Assembly: GCA_963798485.1 (NCBI GenBank)
Contig: CAWCTR010000021.1
Location: 32,001-96,000 of the forward strand
Direction: 5' to 3'
DNA length: 64,000 nucleotides
Source of the DNA: an uncultured delta proteobacterium
GTDB lineage: Bacteria; Desulfobacterota; Desulfomonilia; UBA1062
Positions within the stretch are counted from its first letter, which is position 1, and the number at the start of each line of letters is the position of its first letter. The position numbers and the translations under genes were made by a program. Below, piece by piece: positions 9,731-18,917 of the stretch. The notes under the pieces were generated by a model, which saw only the letters and a program-made list of their open reading frames with translations, did not search any database and was not told the origin of the DNA.

Positions 9731-11944
9731 ATGTTCACCACCATCAAGAAGAGAAACGGTCGGGTAGTCACCTTTGATGCCTCCAAGATCACAGCAGCAA
9801 TAGCCAAGGCCGGGAGTGCCACCGGAGAGTTTGACGACAGCACGGCACACAAGCTTATGGTCAAGGTCCTGTCCATTGCTGAGCAGACCGTAGCCGACAT
9901 ACCCACAGTTGAGGAGATACAGGACATCGTGGAGGAGGTGCTTCTCCAGTCCATGCTCAAAAAGACTGCCAAGGCATATATAATCTACCGTGACCAGCAC
10001 GCAAAAATTCGCGAGATCAAGGCCGGTATGGGGGTGGATCTTATAGACCAGTATCTCGATAAGCTCGACTGGCAGGTGAACGAAAACAGCAACATGGCCT
10101 TTTCTCTCCAGGGTCTGAACAACTACCTATCCTCTGAGATCAGCAAGATTTACTGGCTTAACAAGATCTATCCTCCTGAAGTAAGAAATGCCCACTCCGG
10201 CGGGGATTTCCATATACACGACCTCAACATCATCAGCGTCTATTGCGTTGGATGGGACCTCTACGATCTCCTCGTCCAGGGTTTCAAGGGCGCAGCAGGC
10301 AAGGTTGAAAGCAAACCGGCCAAGCATTTTCGCACCGCTTTAGGGCAGATCGTAAACTTTTTTTACACCCTCCAGGGAGAGGCGGCAGGGGCCCAGGCCT
10401 TTTCCAACTTCGACACCCTACTGGCGCCCTTTATCCGATTTGACGGACTCGATTATATTCAGGTCAAGCAGGCCCTCCAGGAATTCATCTTTAACATCAA
10501 CGTGCCCACAAGGGTAGGCTTCCAGACCCCGTTCACGAACGTGACATTGGACCTTGATGTCCCGGCGCATTACAAGGACCAGGGTGTGGTAATCGGCGGC
10601 AAGCTCCAGGAAGCAACATACGGGGAATTCCAGACGGAAATGGACATGTTCAACCGTGCCTTTGTTGATGTGATGGCTGCCGGTGATGCCAAGGGCAGGG
10701 TGTTTACGTTCCCTATACCCACCTATAACATTACATCTGATTTCAACTGGGATAATCCGAATCTTGCCGGCCTGTGGGAAATGACTGCAAAATACGGGGT
10801 TCCCTATTTCTCCAATTTCATCAATTCCGATATGGACCCGGGTGATGCAAGGAGTATGTGCTGCAGGCTCAGGATCGACAATCGGGAACTGGTCAAGAGG
10901 GGAGGGGGTCTTTTCGGATCAAACCCGCTCACCGGCTCCATAGGGGTTGTAACTATCAACCTGCCGAGACTCGGATATCTTAGCACAAGCGAGACGGATT
11001 TTATGAGCAGACTCGAGGCACTTATCGATATCGCCAGTACAAGCCTTGAAATAAAACGAAAGGTATTGGAGAGCTTTACCCAGAGTAATCTATACCCGTA
11101 TACAAAACATTATCTTATGGGGATGAAACAGAAATTTGGTGAGTACTGGAAAAACCACTTCTCAACTATCGGCATTCTGGGCATGAACGAGGCCTGTGTG
11201 AATCTTTTCGGAAAAGATATCGGTACCGATCAGGGTCGAACCTTTGCGCTGAGGGTTTCTGATTTTATCAGGCATAAGCTGCTCCTCCTCCAGGAGATGA
11301 CGGGCAACAACTACAACTTTGAGGCCACGCCGGCTGAAGGGACATCATATCGAATGGCCCGGATCGACAAGAAGACCTTCCCTGACATCATCTGTGCCAA
11401 TGAAGATGCATATAGACAGGGCCATGAACCATACTACACGAACTCCTCACAGCTCCCGGTGAATTACACCGACGACATATTCGAGGCCTTGGATCTCCAG
11501 GATGAGATCCAGACCAAGTATACCGGTGGGACAGTCATGCATCTTTTCGCAGGTGAGCGCGTGGATGACCCGGAGGTGATTAAGCTCCTTGTAAAGAAGA
11601 TCTGTCTTGGTTACAAGATTCCCTACTTCACTTTCAGCCCGACCTTCAGCGTATGCCCGGGCCATGGATACCTTACGGGCAATCATGCTCAGTGTCCTGA
11701 CTGTGGTGAGACTACCGAGGTTTATTCACGTGTCGTAGGATATCTGAGGCCTGTGGCCCAGTGGAATAACGGCAAGAAAGAAGAGTTCCTCCAAAGGAAG
11801 TCCTTCAAGGTCGATAGGGCTATCCATGCTGAAGAGTTGGTGGCAAGCCAGGTATATAAGATACAAGCCTCCCAGCCGCATACTACACACGAAGCCTTAA
11901 GACCTTTTCCTGAAAATGAAGTGGATATTTTGAATCATCCTTGA
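9731..11944 (+). CDS. nrdD: Anaerobic (class III) ribonucleoside-triphosphate reductase with N-terminal ATP cone
   Basis: ATP cone (IKKRNGRVVTFD), HIHDL, SMCCRL finger loop, EATPAEG, CPGHG/CPDCG, glycyl-radical motif RVVGY. Confidence 0.95.
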   Translation: MFTTIKKRNGRVVTFDASKITAAIAKAGSATGEFDDSTAHKLMVKVLSIAEQTVADIPTVEEIQDIVEEVLLQSMLKKTAKAYIIYRDQHAKIREIKAGMGVDLIDQYLDKLDWQVNENSNMAFSLQGLNNYLSSEISKIYWLNKIYPPEVRNAHSGGDFHIHDLNIISVYCVGWDLYDLLVQGFKGAAGKVESKPAKHFRTALGQIVNFFYTLQGEAAGAQAFSNFDTLLAPFIRFDGLDYIQVKQALQEFIFNINVPTRVGFQTPFTNVTLDLDVPAHYKDQGVVIGGKLQEATYGEFQTEMDMFNRAFVDVMAAGDAKGRVFTFPIPTYNITSDFNWDNPNLAGLWEMTAKYGVPYFSNFINSDMDPGDARSMCCRLRIDNRELVKRGGGLFGSNPLTGSIGVVTINLPRLGYLSTSETDFMSRLEALIDIASTSLEIKRKVLESFTQSNLYPYTKHYLMGMKQKFGEYWKNHFSTIGILGMNEACVNLFGKDIGTDQGRTFALRVSDFIRHKLLLLQEMTGNNYNFEATPAEGTSYRMARIDKKTFPDIICANEDAYRQGHEPYYTNSSQLPVNYTDDIFEALDLQDEIQTKYTGGTVMHLFAGERVDDPEVIKLLVKKICLGYKIPYFTFSPTFSVCPGHGYLTGNHAQCPDCGETTEVYSRVVGYLRPVAQWNNGKKEEFLQRKSFKVDRAIHAEELVASQVYKIQASQPHTTHEALRPFPENEVDILNHP

Positions 11945-12325
11945 TTATTTTAGGGTTTGCGCGATGACTTCGCTGAGTTCTTCCATCTTGAACGGCTTCT
12001 TGATGACACCCTTGAAGCCGTATTCACTACAGTTTGACATAATCGGATCATTAGAATATCCGCTCGACACAATTGCCCTCACCGCTGGGTCAAGTTTAAT
12101 GAAATCCTGGATCACATCTTTGCCCCCCCGGCTTCCTGGTATGGTGAGGTCCATGATTACTGCCCCAAATGGGTTTCCACCCTGTATGGCGGCACTGTAT
12201 TTTTCAAGTGCCTCCTGCCCGGTCCTTGATAGTTCTACCTCGTATCCCAGGTACTCGAGCATGCTGCTCACAACATCAAGAATAAGCTCTTCATCATCCA
12301 TTATTAAAATGCGTGCCTTTGCCAT
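11945..12325 (-). CDS. Single-domain response regulator (REC)
   Basis: ILIMDDEE, MDLTIPG, VSSGY, KKPF; likely start ATG 12325. Confidence 0.88.
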   Translation of the reverse strand: MAKARILIMDDEELILDVVSSMLEYLGYEVELSRTGQEALEKYSAAIQGGNPFGAVIMDLTIPGSRGGKDVIQDFIKLDPAVRAIVSSGYSNDPIMSNCSEYGFKGVIKKPFKMEELSEVIAQTLK

Positions 12326-12367
12326 GATAATAAAATCGTCCTTATGAAAAGATATCTTGAATGATAT

Positions 12368-13066
12368 ATGTATAACATGAAGATCGGTTATGTGCAAAAG
12401 ACATCATTTATCGACTATCCGGGTAAGATCAGTGCTGTCGTCTTCACTCAAGGCTGTAATTTTCAGTGCCCCTACTGCCATAACCCTGAGCTTGTAGACA
12501 CAGGCCGTTACGGTGATATCATCTTCATGGGGGATGTTTACACCTTTCTGGAAAGAAGGCGGGGAAAGCTCGATGCAGTAGTCATATCAGGCGGAGAACC
12601 CGCCTTACAACCAGACCTTATTGCCTTTTTGCAAAAGGTAAAATCAATGGGTTACCTGGTAAAACTTGATACCAATGGCTCAAGACCGAAAGTCATTCAA
12701 GAGGCCCTCAAGGAAAACGTTCTTGATTATATAGCAATGGACATCAAAGCACCTTGGGACAAGTATTCTCTTGTTGCGGGGTCTCTCGTGAATATAACAC
12801 ATATAAAGAAAAGCATTGCTTTGATTATGGCTTCGGGCATTGCTTACGAGTTCCGCACAACCATTGTTAATTCTCTGCTCCGCCCGGGAGATGTAATGAA
12901 CATAGCAAAGATGATCCAAGGTGCGCAATTATATGTACTCCAAAAATTTGTCCCTTCAAAGCATGTGGACCAGACATACATAAAGCAGTCATCTTTTACC
13001 GATAGAGAGATAGAAAATCTAATGTTAGAGCTTAGTCACCAGGTTAGAAGATGCATCTCCCGTTAA
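12368..13066 (+). CDS. nrdG: Anaerobic RNR activating radical SAM enzyme
   Basis: IDYPG, CNFQCPYCHN (CX3CX2C), SGGEP, KLDTNG, YEFRTT. Confidence 0.92.
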   Translation: MYNMKIGYVQKTSFIDYPGKISAVVFTQGCNFQCPYCHNPELVDTGRYGDIIFMGDVYTFLERRRGKLDAVVISGGEPALQPDLIAFLQKVKSMGYLVKLDTNGSRPKVIQEALKENVLDYIAMDIKAPWDKYSLVAGSLVNITHIKKSIALIMASGIAYEFRTTIVNSLLRPGDVMNIAKMIQGAQLYVLQKFVPSKHVDQTYIKQSSFTDREIENLMLELSHQVRRCISR

Positions 13067-13068
13067 TA

Positions 13069-14607
13069 TCATCCCTGAAATACTGACTTGACCTTATCAA
13101 TGAGGTCCTGTGGCAGGAAAGGCTTTGAGAGAAATACATACCCTTTAAGGTCGTCATCACTGATTACATCGCCTCCGTAACCGGACATGAGCATGATCTT
13201 GATGTGAGGCCAGATGGACCTTATCTTCCGGGAAAGCATTTTTCCATCAATTCTGCGCATGACCATGTCTGTGATGAGGAGGTCGATATGGCCTTCATAC
13301 TGACGTGCAAGTTGGAGTGCATCCCCACCGTTGCGGGCAGTCAAGATTACATGACCTTGCTGTTTGAGGATCTCACACACGAGGTCGCGAACCGTGTCAT
13401 CATCTTCGACAATAAGAATCGTCTTGAATTCTGAAGGGAATACTTCAGGTTTTGTCTGGCTTGTTTGAATATGAACGGCGCTGTCGGCCTCACGGGAAGA
13501 AAAGGGGAACAGTATGGAGAAGGTGGTGCCTGATCCAGGCTCAGTGTCTACTACAATAAACCCTCGTGCTGCACTGACAATGTTATGGGCTGTCCACAAG
13601 CCAATACCCTTGCCACACTCACGGGTCGAGAAGAAGGGGTCGAATATCTGACGTCTGACCTCTTCTGTCATACCTTCTCCTGTGTCCTTGACAGTGAGGC
13701 GCATGTAATCCCCATGGGGAACCTGATGGTATGCATGCTCATTTGCTGAATTGACGGTTATGCAGTCGGTTCCGATGGTAATTTCCCCGCCCTTTGGCAT
13801 AGCCTCCTTGGCATTGACGGTCAGGTTGATGAGCAGGTTGCTGAAAGTGGAAGGCTCTATCGTTACCGGTGCAAGATCTGCAGATATTTCAAAGTTCACT
13901 GTAATATTTTCCCCGATTACATGCCTAATAATGCTCTCTTGGTTTATGATTTCAGTATTGACATCAAGTGGCTTTGCCTCAGCCTTGTTCCTCCTACTGA
14001 AGTCCAGCATCCTGTTGGTAAGGACCGATGCCTGTTTGCCTGCTAAGCATATCTGGCTGACTTTGTGGTATAAAGGATTATGCTCGTCAATGGACATCTT
14101 CATGATCTCAGAATACCCATTTATAACAGTGAGCAGGTTGTTGAAGTCATGGGCGAATCCACCCGCAATCTGGGCAAGGATCTCAACGCTTGCAGAATGC
14201 AGCAAATTCTGCTCCTGGACCTTTTGATCGATCATATTAAGGGCCTGGTAATGGAACATGACAACCTTGCCATCTTTGATAATGGGCCGGCCGCTGATGA
14301 GGAAATACATTACATGACCTTCACTTGAGGTCATGCGAAGCTCATACCTTACTTCCTTTTTTTCCGATATACTCTGCTTCCAGAGTTCTAGTACCTTTAG
14401 CCTGTCATCCTTGTGTATGAATTCCAGGAAGTTTCTCCCAATCACAGAATTTTTATCGTGTGCCTGGCCGAAGAACATCTCGAGTGATCGCTTATTCACT
14501 TTCTTGAGTATACCGTTTTCATCGGTAACAGCCGATATTGCTGTTGAGTTCTCAAAAAGGTCCTCGAAGAAGGTGTCATTAAATTCATTGTTGTATGCCA
14601 TGTTCAT
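13069..14607 (-). CDS. Hybrid sensor histidine kinase (PAS-HisKA-HATPase-REC)
   Basis: AHDFNNLL H-box, NAKEAM, DTGEGM, FDPFFST, GIGL, C-terminal REC (VEDD..TDMVM..KPF). Confidence 0.92.
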   Translation of the reverse strand: MNMAYNNEFNDTFFEDLFENSTAISAVTDENGILKKVNKRSLEMFFGQAHDKNSVIGRNFLEFIHKDDRLKVLELWKQSISEKKEVRYELRMTSSEGHVMYFLISGRPIIKDGKVVMFHYQALNMIDQKVQEQNLLHSASVEILAQIAGGFAHDFNNLLTVINGYSEIMKMSIDEHNPLYHKVSQICLAGKQASVLTNRMLDFSRRNKAEAKPLDVNTEIINQESIIRHVIGENITVNFEISADLAPVTIEPSTFSNLLINLTVNAKEAMPKGGEITIGTDCITVNSANEHAYHQVPHGDYMRLTVKDTGEGMTEEVRRQIFDPFFSTRECGKGIGLWTAHNIVSAARGFIVVDTEPGSGTTFSILFPFSSREADSAVHIQTSQTKPEVFPSEFKTILIVEDDDTVRDLVCEILKQQGHVILTARNGGDALQLARQYEGHIDLLITDMVMRRIDGKMLSRKIRSIWPHIKIMLMSGYGGDVISDDDLKGYVFLSKPFLPQDLIDKVKSVFQG

Positions 14608-14700
14608 GTGCCCCCGAATTAGTTAATGGAGTTCCGGGCAGATTATTTCATATTTTGACCTAATGATAATATCGGCATGCCTCAGAGGGAAGATAAGATA

Positions 14701-16956
14701 TTATGAAAGGGCTTCCTCGAGGATCTGGGAAAGTTCGTTTAAGTTAAACGGCTTGTTCAATCTTGCTACAATCAAAGGGTTTGAGAAAAAATCTTGTTTT
14801 TCGTGCTCGAATGAGAAGCCCGATGAGATGATGACCCTTGTATCTATCTTGTGCTTCTCCATTTCCACAAGTGTGTGATAACCGTCAAGCCCGGGCATAA
14901 TCATGTCAAGGATGATGAGGTCAAATCCCTTTGTGTCATTTTTGAGGATCTCCATGCATTCGTACCCATTGCATGCAGTCTCAACAGAATGACCTAACAG
15001 ATTAAGCATATCTTTTCCAATGTCCCTGAGCATTTCCTCATCATCAACAATCAGAATCCTCGCTTGTTGTTTGGACATGCCTTGGGAAACCTTATACTCT
15101 GCAGGAAGAGCCTTTTCTTTCTGCTTGGATATCGGCAATAAGACGCTGAAAGTCGATCCCTTGCCCTCAGCAGAGCTCACCTGGATTCCCCCTCCGGAAT
15201 TTTTGATAATATTATAAGCGATAGAAAGACCAAGCCCAGTGCCCTTGTCCGGACCTTTCTGTTTGGTGCTGAAAAACGGATCGAAGATCTTGGATAGGAT
15301 CTCGTGATTCATGCCGATCCCGTTATCTTTAACTTCGATGTGTGCATACTTGCCGATGGAACCCAGGAGAAACTGTCTTTTGGAATCTTTATCTACATGG
15401 ATCTGACTCATAGATATCGCAATCAGACCCTCCTGATTATCACCGATGGCATCCTTGGCATTTACAATCAGATTGAGCAGCACCTGAGTAAGATGTGTAT
15501 GGTCTATAAATACGGCATAATCTTTTCCATTTGTCTTACAATCGATCTTGATGTTCTTGGGGATCGACTTTATTGACATATCAATGACTTCTCGGATAAC
15601 CTGGTTCAGAGAGATATGCTCAGGTTTGCCTTCATGCCTCTTGGTGAAGACAAGCATTTGCTGGGTGAGATCCCGGGCACGCTCGGCAATATTCTCCAGG
15701 GTATTGATGTAATGGCCCCTCTTTTTATCATCAGTAGTGTATTTCAGCATGGAGATATTGCCGGTAATCCCTGTCAGGATGTTGTTGAAGTCATGAGCCA
15801 CACCCCCTGCCAACTCGCCGATAGTCTCCATCTTCTGTGCATGGATGAGCTGAAGCTCCATGTGTTTTTTATCCGTGATATCAACAGCGGTAAATACAAT
15901 CCCACCCAGGGAAGGATTTGTCAGCGGATATATATTTATATCAAACACATCATTTGAATTATCAGAAAGTGTTTTTTCATGAAGAAACTGCGGTGTGCGT
16001 TCCTTCTGAACCTCATGGATAAGCCTCTGAAAGGATGCCATCTGAGGGCTCAGGGATGATAGATTATTACCGATCATGGCTGAGGCCGGCTTATGGAAGA
16101 TCCTCTCAGTAATGGGGTTGGCCATCTGGACCTTTCCCGTACAGTCAAGGCATATGATCATATTCGGGCTTGACTCGAAAATGCTGCTCAAGAGGTTCTT
16201 AAGGTCTTCAATAGTATGTTGTGCACTTTTAAGAGAAGAAATCTCTTGTGCATTATACTGCACCTCTTCGATTTTTCCACCTCTTCGCAACACACTCCCG
16301 CTTGCAAGGAGATATATGGTTATACCATCTTTTGTAAGTGCCCTGAGCTCTAATCTCGGTGTCTGGCCTTCCAGGAGATGTTGCCAGAATTGTATATAGG
16401 TGAGCCGGTCATCAGGGTGTGCAATGACCAGGATGCTTTTGCCGATGAGTTCGGTCCTTGAATAGCCTGAGATCTCTTCAACCTTTTTATTCAGCCTCTT
16501 GATATAACCATAAGCATCCGTGGTCAGGATAAGCTCATTTGCGTTTTCAAAAAGGGCCTCGAACCGCTCCCTGTTCTGGCGGAGCTGTTCTTCAAGCCTT
16601 TTCCTCTTGGTGATGTCGTTCACCAGCCCGCAAAACCCGATAATATTAAGGTCATTGTCACGAAGAAGGCTGATAGTATTTTCAATGACTTTCCTGGTAT
16701 TGTTTCTTAGAATGATCTCGTATTCTACCCTTTGGGGAATACCGGTCTGGTAAACCTTGTTGAAGGTCTTATAGACACGCCTTGAGGTGGCCTTGGTGGT
16801 GTAATCCATATAGTTCATCCCGATGATTTTGTCTTCGGGCAATTCGGCTATCTTGCAGACGATTTTGTTTACAAATTTGAAGGTTCCTGTAAGGTCAATC
16901 TCGTAGTAACCTTCCTCCATGTCTTCAAGGATCTGCCTGTATAGCATATCAGCCAT
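14701..16956 (-). CDS. Hybrid sensor histidine kinase (3xPAS-HisKA-HATPase-REC)
   Basis: Three PAS-like repeats, AHDFNNIL, NAKDAI, DNGIGM, GTGLGL, REC (VDDE..DMIMPG..KPF). Confidence 0.92.
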   Translation of the reverse strand: MADMLYRQILEDMEEGYYEIDLTGTFKFVNKIVCKIAELPEDKIIGMNYMDYTTKATSRRVYKTFNKVYQTGIPQRVEYEIILRNNTRKVIENTISLLRDNDLNIIGFCGLVNDITKRKRLEEQLRQNRERFEALFENANELILTTDAYGYIKRLNKKVEEISGYSRTELIGKSILVIAHPDDRLTYIQFWQHLLEGQTPRLELRALTKDGITIYLLASGSVLRRGGKIEEVQYNAQEISSLKSAQHTIEDLKNLLSSIFESSPNMIICLDCTGKVQMANPITERIFHKPASAMIGNNLSSLSPQMASFQRLIHEVQKERTPQFLHEKTLSDNSNDVFDINIYPLTNPSLGGIVFTAVDITDKKHMELQLIHAQKMETIGELAGGVAHDFNNILTGITGNISMLKYTTDDKKRGHYINTLENIAERARDLTQQMLVFTKRHEGKPEHISLNQVIREVIDMSIKSIPKNIKIDCKTNGKDYAVFIDHTHLTQVLLNLIVNAKDAIGDNQEGLIAISMSQIHVDKDSKRQFLLGSIGKYAHIEVKDNGIGMNHEILSKIFDPFFSTKQKGPDKGTGLGLSIAYNIIKNSGGGIQVSSAEGKGSTFSVLLPISKQKEKALPAEYKVSQGMSKQQARILIVDDEEMLRDIGKDMLNLLGHSVETACNGYECMEILKNDTKGFDLIILDMIMPGLDGYHTLVEMEKHKIDTRVIISSGFSFEHEKQDFFSNPLIVARLNKPFNLNELSQILEEALS

Positions 16957-17080
16957 GATGGTACCTTCGTGTTGAGTATCGGAGATTTCTGAATGAAACT
17001 TAACATATCAGATCCTTTATCAATATACCATATTTGATTTTCGATTCATGACCAAATGTGTTACATGCCGATAGAAAGCC

Positions 17081-18016
17081 ATGGGATTATCATTACAGCA
17101 CATGAACAGCAGACCGCTCATCCGAAAGATATTCCAGCACATGCATGGTGTCTTTCTTGGTCAGGACACAGTCTTGACCTGCGTCCTTTGTGCGCTTCTT
17201 TCAAAGGGACATGTGCTTCTGGAAGGTGTGCCGGGGGTTGGCAAGACCCTCATCGCCATTTCATTATCCCAGCTTCTCCATCTGAGCTTTAAACGCATTC
17301 AATTTACCAATGACATGCTCCCATCCGATGTCACGGGGTTCCATATGTTCAGAAACTGCTCAGAGGATCTCGATATGATAAAAGGCCCGATATTTGCCAG
17401 CATTGTCCTTGCTGATGAAATCAACAGGACTTCCCCAAAGACACAATCTGCACTCCTGGAGGCGATGCAGGAATCACAGGTGACCATTGATGGTATAACC
17501 TACACGCTTCCTGATCCGTTCATGGTAATAGCAACACAGAACCCTGCCGAGGTGGTCGGCACGTTCCCTTTGCCGGAAAGCCAGCTGGACAGGTTCCTTA
17601 TCAAGGCAAATGTCGGATATCCGCCCATAGAGTATGAGACAGAGATCCTTAGAAAAGATATTGATCATGCAGATGCATTGAAGTTGAGCCCCATTATGGA
17701 TCAGCAGGAAATACTGGCCATGATTGAAGCTGCTTCTCAAGTAAAGGTCCATGCAGATATCCTTTCCTACATCACGAAGTTGGTACGCGCCACCAGGGTA
17801 CACCCTGATGTGGAACTAGGGGTCTCCCCTCGGGGTGGCCTGGCACTGAAGCGGGCGTCCCAGGCCTGGGCCTTTATCGATGGCAGGGACTATGTGACCC
17901 CAGGTGATATAAGGAGTATTGCCCCCCATGTTCTTCAACACCGGATCGTCTCAAAGAACGGTGCAGCCGGGAACATTATTGAGAACGTACTCGATGAGGT
18001 TAAGATCCCTGTCTAA
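17081..18016 (+). CDS. MoxR family AAA+ ATPase
   Basis: EGVPGVGKT, RIQFTNDMLPSD, ADEINR, ATQNP, LPESQLDRF, GVSPRG. Confidence 0.93.
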   Translation: MGLSLQHMNSRPLIRKIFQHMHGVFLGQDTVLTCVLCALLSKGHVLLEGVPGVGKTLIAISLSQLLHLSFKRIQFTNDMLPSDVTGFHMFRNCSEDLDMIKGPIFASIVLADEINRTSPKTQSALLEAMQESQVTIDGITYTLPDPFMVIATQNPAEVVGTFPLPESQLDRFLIKANVGYPPIEYETEILRKDIDHADALKLSPIMDQQEILAMIEAASQVKVHADILSYITKLVRATRVHPDVELGVSPRGGLALKRASQAWAFIDGRDYVTPGDIRSIAPHVLQHRIVSKNGAAGNIIENVLDEVKIPV

Positions 18017-18917
18017 ATACCTGAGGCCTCCCCGGGGCTTCAGGCTCACGAAGCCGGGTAAGATCTTTTTCGGCTTTCTTTTCTGCCTTATCGTCATTGC
18101 CATGATAACCGGGAATAACCTCCTATACCTGGTGCTCGCCGGGATGATGGCGTTCATGATCGTCTCGGGTATCGAGTCCGAGATGAATCTTCGCTATCTT
18201 GAAATCAACAGGTCGCTGCCCTCAGAGATCTTTGCCGGTATACCATTTAAAATGGGATACCTGATAAGAAACCCGAGAAATGAGTCGAAGCGTCTTGTAT
18301 TGAAAGATATCTCTCAGGTCAGGGTCGAAAAGCTCCAACGCCGGGAGACACAGATCCTGCATGCGGATGTAACTCTCCACAAGAGGGGAAAGGTCCATCT
18401 GGGTACAATAACCATCTTTACCACATACCCCTATGGTCTCTTTGAAAAATCCATCACGTTCCCAACTGCAAGGGAGATATTCGTCTTCCCTGAGCCCCTG
18501 TTATACAACCCTTCGCTCACAACCGGGGCATACGATTCCGGGGGTGGCAAGTCCAAGGATTCCATCTCGCATGTACGTCCCTATGTGCCTGGTGACCCGC
18601 TCTCAATGGTTTTTTGGAAGAAACAGCACCATGGGCTTATATCACGGGTCTTTGAGGGCGGCGCAGGTATGAGCGGTGTCGTAGTCCTGATGCCCGGACA
18701 CGACCTGGAGCAGAAATTGTCTTGGGCCACCTACCTCATCACTGAACTGCACCGCATGGGCAATCCCTTTGGGATCGTCTTGAATGGATTGTACAGCGGC
18801 CTAGCATCTTCACGTGCCCACAAAATCGATATTTTCATGCATCTCGCCCTTGCACAGGAGATACATCAGCCATCCCCGGAGGTCATACCGAACGATGCCC
18901 GGATCATATACGTCTGA
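17994..18917 (+). CDS. DUF58 domain protein
   Basis: N-terminal TM pair with TGNNLLYL, YPYGLF, RPYVPGDP; between MoxR and transglutaminase; start uncertain. Confidence 0.82.
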   Translation: MRLRSLSKYLRPPRGFRLTKPGKIFFGFLFCLIVIAMITGNNLLYLVLAGMMAFMIVSGIESEMNLRYLEINRSLPSEIFAGIPFKMGYLIRNPRNESKRLVLKDISQVRVEKLQRRETQILHADVTLHKRGKVHLGTITIFTTYPYGLFEKSITFPTAREIFVFPEPLLYNPSLTTGAYDSGGGKSKDSISHVRPYVPGDPLSMVFWKKQHHGLISRVFEGGAGMSGVVVLMPGHDLEQKLSWATYLITELHRMGNPFGIVLNGLYSGLASSRAHKIDIFMHLALAQEIHQPSPEVIPNDARIIYV

